The notes below the pieces were generated by a model that worked only from the letters and a program-made list of their open reading frames with translations, made no database searches and had not been told where the DNA came from. DNA of 64,000 bases from the NCBI GenBank assembly GCA_963709715.1, contig CAVPXQ010000007.1, positions 72,384 through 136,383 of the forward strand, read 5' to 3'. Shown here in pieces: positions 60,865 to 64,000 of the stretch (within the stretch, counting starts at the first letter, position 1; each line of letters opens with the position of its first letter). This stretch comes from an uncultured Gaiellaceae bacterium (lineage in GTDB: Bacteria; Actinomycetota; Thermoleophilia; Gaiellales; Gaiellaceae). The translations under genes and the position numbers were made by a program.

Positions 60865-61518
60865 TCAGCTCGCGCCGACGTCCTGGTACCAGTCGAGAAT
60901 CGCGCTGCCCCAGAAGAGCGCGATGACGCCCCCGGCTGCGAGGAACGGCCCGAGCGGGATCGCCTGCTTCCGCGCTTCCGCGCCGTGTCTCACAAAGAGG
61001 AACGCGGCGGGCACCAACGCGGCGAAGAAGCCGACGAACATGGCGACGATCACGGACAGCCCGAGGCCGGCACCGAGGAAGGCAGAAAGCTTGACGTCGC
61101 CCATGCCGAGCCCGCGCGGATAGACGAGCACGATGACGAACAGGACGAGCCCGGCGCCGAGCGCGCACAGAATCCACTCGCTGCTCGGCTCGTCGATCGT
61201 CCGCAACGCAAGGACGACGACACCGCCGGGAAGCACGACCTTGTCCGGGATCAGGCGGTGCTCGAGGTCCGTGCGCGTGATGATCACGAGCACCCAGCAG
61301 AACGTGACAGCGGCGAGAGCCTCGAGCGTGAAGCCGTAGGCGAGGCCGCTCGCACCTCCGAGCAGCGCGGTTGCGGCCGTGACGAGAGGGAGTCGAGGAG
61401 ACCTCGGGACCGACTTGAGCAGCGGATCGTGGAGCGGTGAGTTGGTGGCGACGCGGTCTGCGAGAGGGCCGACGAGGAGCCCCGCGAGCAGGCCCACCAC
61501 ACCGGCGGCGACGTTCAC
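60865..61518 (-). CDS. tadV: A24 family prepilin peptidase, TadV/CpaA type (no methyltransferase domain)
   Basis: 217 aa, polytopic. The two catalytic Asp contexts are ITRTDLEHRLIPD and GLGMGDVKLSAFLG. Confidence 0.85.
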   Translation of the reverse strand: MNVAAGVVGLLAGLLVGPLADRVATNSPLHDPLLKSVPRSPRLPLVTAATALLGGASGLAYGFTLEALAAVTFCWVLVIITRTDLEHRLIPDKVVLPGGVVVLALRTIDEPSSEWILCALGAGLVLFVIVLVYPRGLGMGDVKLSAFLGAGLGLSVIVAMFVGFFAALVPAAFLFVRHGAEARKQAIPLGPFLAAGGVIALFWGSAILDWYQDVGAS

Positions 61519-61673
61519 GTCGTTCGATTCCCCGATGGGGGATGGCTTCCTTCAAGGCTGGACGCCGAATTGCCGGCACCGATCCCTCGGCCGGGGGAGC
61601 GTCGTCACTCGTTCCGGGGGTGGTCGCCGGCGCCGTCAGCAGTACTGTCGGATGTAACTGCGGCGCCCCTCGG

Positions 61674-63221
61674 ATGGGGCAGAACGGCGTCAACTTGGCA
61701 CATCGAACACGGCGGCGGCAACTACGGGGAGCATTTGCCTGGGCGTTCTGCCTGGCAGCGCTCGTCGTCCTCGCGAGCTACGCGACGGCCCTCCTTCGCG
61801 AGTCGCCCGACAACGTCATCGCCGCGCTCGTTATCTGCGCGTTCGTGGCCGCCGCCGTCGGGATCTTCCTCAACCTCCGTCTCGAGTCGGCGCACTCCGA
61901 GGCGCTTCGCGATCCGCTCACGGGCTTGCCGAACCGCGCGCTCCTCGACGACCGCATCGAGCAGGCGTTCAAGCGTTCGCGCCGCTCGGGAGAGCCGTTC
62001 ACCCTCATCGCGATCGACCTCGACGGTTTCAAGGACGTCAATGACGTACGCGGACATCGAGCAGGCGACGCGGTCCTCAAGACGCTGGCTCGGCGGTTCG
62101 AGGCGGTCGTGCGCGAGGCCGACACGGTCGCTCGGGTGGGCGGCGACGAGTTCGTCGTGCTCTCGATCGGCACCGGTGGAGACGACCGCGCAGGAGCGCT
62201 CGTGGGACGGCTCCGCAACGCCCTTCGCCGGCCCTTCAAGGTCGAAGGAGCGGCCGTCGAGATCGACGGGAGCATCGGCTGGGCCGTGTTCCCGGACGAC
62301 GGCTCGACCGCGGAGGAGTTGCTCGCCTGCGCGGACGGTCAGATGTACGCGACGAAGCGCGACACGAGCGACGACACCGTCCTCCTTCGGCGCGGCGTCG
62401 ACGCGGGAGTCGTGCGCGACGTCGAGGTAGCGCTCGAGCAGAACGAGCTGCTCGTCGTGTACCAGCCGATCATCGACCTCGCGACGGGCCAGCCGCACTC
62501 GGCGGAAGCCCTCATTCGACGGGTGCTGCCGGACGGCGCCCTCCTTCCTCCTGCGGAGTTCGTACCCCACGTCGAGCGCACGCCGCTCGTTCGCGAGCTC
62601 ACGTTCCTCGTGGTCGCGGACGCGCTCGGCTCCGCGAAGCAGTGGGCGAAGGCTGGCCACGATCTCGGCGTCTCGATCAACATCCCGTACCGCCTGCTCG
62701 ACGACCCGCAGTTCGCCGACGGGTCTTGCCTCGATGCTGCAGTCCTACGACCTCACGAAACAGACACGTGACACTCGAAGTCGTGCCGGCCGGACCCGGC
62801 GCGGGAGCTCAGGTCGACGAGGAAGTGCTCGGACGGTTCGATGCGTTCGGCGTACGCCTCTCCCTCGACGACGCAGGCCGCGCCGCCTCGTTCGCCGCGC
62901 TCCGCGTGCTGCCGCTCGACGAGCTGAAGATCGACGTCGGGTTCGTTCACGGGCTCGGAAGGAGCGCCACCGACGCGGCGCTCGTCCGCGGCATCATCGA
63001 CATCGGCCACTCGCTCGGGCCTCGAGGTCGTCGCGGAGGGCGTTGAGACACGACATGCGTGGACCGTGCTCACCGACTGGGGCTGCGACTACGCGCAGGG
63101 CTTCTACGTCGCGAGCCCGCGCACGGCGGACGAGCTCGATCGAGTGGCTCGGCGCTCGCTGGCCGGCCGTCGCCTGACCCCGTCAGGTCGCCCAAGACGC
63201 CGAGTCGTGCCCGTCGCCTAG
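61674..63221 (+). pseudogene. membrane-anchored GGDEF-EAL protein, two frameshifts in the EAL domain
   Basis: ATG 61674. Two TM helices, then DPLTGLPNRALL...IAIDLDGFKDVNDVRGHRAGD...RVGGDEFVV, then the EAL part VYQPIIDL...AEALIR...FVPHVERTPL / ...FGVRLSLDDAGRAASFAALRVLPLDELKIDVGFV... / LEVVAEGVETRHAWTVLTDWGCDYAQGFYVASP. Shifts are near 62725 and at the GGG run 63017-63019. The TAG stop ends at 63221. Confidence 0.8.
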
Positions 63222-63969
63222 GACAGGACCGCCTGCACCGCGAACACGACTCCGACGACGACGAGGACGACGCCGAGAGCGACGCGCAGCGTGTCCTCGG
63301 GGAGCCGCCCCGTCGCCCTCGCGCCGAGCCAGCCGCCCGGGATCGCGCCGGCGAGCCCCGCGACGAGAACGCTCCAATCCACGCCTTGTTCCGCCGCATG
63401 CGTCGCGAATCCCGCGACGCCGAGGAAGAACCCGACGACGAGATTCGTGCCCGCGGCGCGGCGGACGTCCATCCCGACGGAGCGGATGAGCGTCGGCATG
63501 CGGAGCGTCCCGAGGATGACCCCGACGGCGCCGCCGAGCCCGCCGATGAAGAACGAGAGGGCGACTCCGCGACCCAGCCGCAGCCGAGCGCGCGGACGCG
63601 CCGCGATCGGCCTGAGCGCAAGGTCGATCCCGCTCCACACGAGCACGGCTGCGATCAGCCCGTAGAGCAGCGACTCCGAGACGTCGTCCGCGACGAGCGC
63701 GCCCGACGACCGCTCCGACGACCGACGGGAAGGCGATCCACGCGACGACACGCCAGTCGACGCGCCCCTCGCGCGCATGCCGCAGGCCGCCCGCACCCGC
63801 AGCCGCCGCCGAGATCGCGATGTTCGTTCCCGCCGCCGCCAGCGGGCTCCCGGTCGCGAGCACGATGAACGGCAGCCGCAGCGTCCCGAGGACGAGGCCC
63901 GAGCATCGAGCCGAGATAGCCCGCGACGAACGCGGCGACGAACGCTAGGACGAGCGCCCAGGCCTCCAG
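63218..63969 (-). pseudogene. TauE/SafE (TSUP) family anion exporter, frameshifted, 5' end unresolved
   Basis: LEAWALVLAFVAAFVAGYLGSMLG / LVLGTLRLPFIVLATGSPLAAAGTNIAISAAAAGAGGL...VVAWIAFPSVVGAVVG / ALVADDVSESLLYGLIA...GGLGGAVGVILGTLRMP...AAGTNLVVGFFLG...IPGGWLGAR. This is the duplicated TSUP half-repeat pattern. No in-frame start codon is visible before the window end. Confidence 0.65.
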
Positions 63970-64000
63970 AGCGGCTCCTCGTGGCCCACAGCCGCGTTCG

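Overview
High-GC (about 70%), gene-dense window from an actinobacterium-like genome. The taxon is an inference from Emb-type and GT87 glycosyltransferases, an actinobacterial-style Tad locus and a leaderless-looking start. No rRNA, tRNA, CRISPR array or mobile element was found.

Left to right:
- (1) 1-3.2 kb: prfA fragment, tandem OsmC pair, DUF1385, rpmE and a dehydratase.
- (2) 3.2-14 kb: envelope and housekeeping genes, namely a beta-propeller protein, DUF4389, an M48 protease, Emb-like arabinosyltransferase 1, ETF-QO plus etfAB, and a Cys/His-rich protein.
- (3) 14-35 kb: a large envelope-glycan island with 4 polyprenyl-phosphate-sugar-synthase-like GT2 enzymes, 3 GT39-like GT-C enzymes, Emb-like arabinosyltransferase 2, a GT4, AsnB and 5 SAM methyltransferases. 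It is interleaved with a split methylmalonyl-CoA-mutase pair.
- (4) 39.6-46.7 kb: a LuxR response regulator, membrane proteins, DUF2079 and three tandem GT87 paralogues.
- (5) 46.8-55.2 kb: a Flp/Tad pilus locus with 3 flp genes, cpaB, tadZ, tadA, a VWA-tadB fusion, tadC and DUF192-REC. It is followed by a histidine kinase.
- (6) 57-64 kb: a CAP protein, DUF4314, a coiled-coil protein, a tadV plus GAF-GGDEF operon, a GGDEF-EAL protein and a TauE exporter.

Many very long ORFs in the supplied track are Arg/Pro-rich off-frame or antisense artefacts of the high GC content. About 19 conserved genes are broken by single-base frameshifts that cluster in blocks. Several of these sit in short G/C runs, so assembly error is at least as likely as true pseudogenisation. 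All family calls rest on motifs read by eye, and no database search was run.
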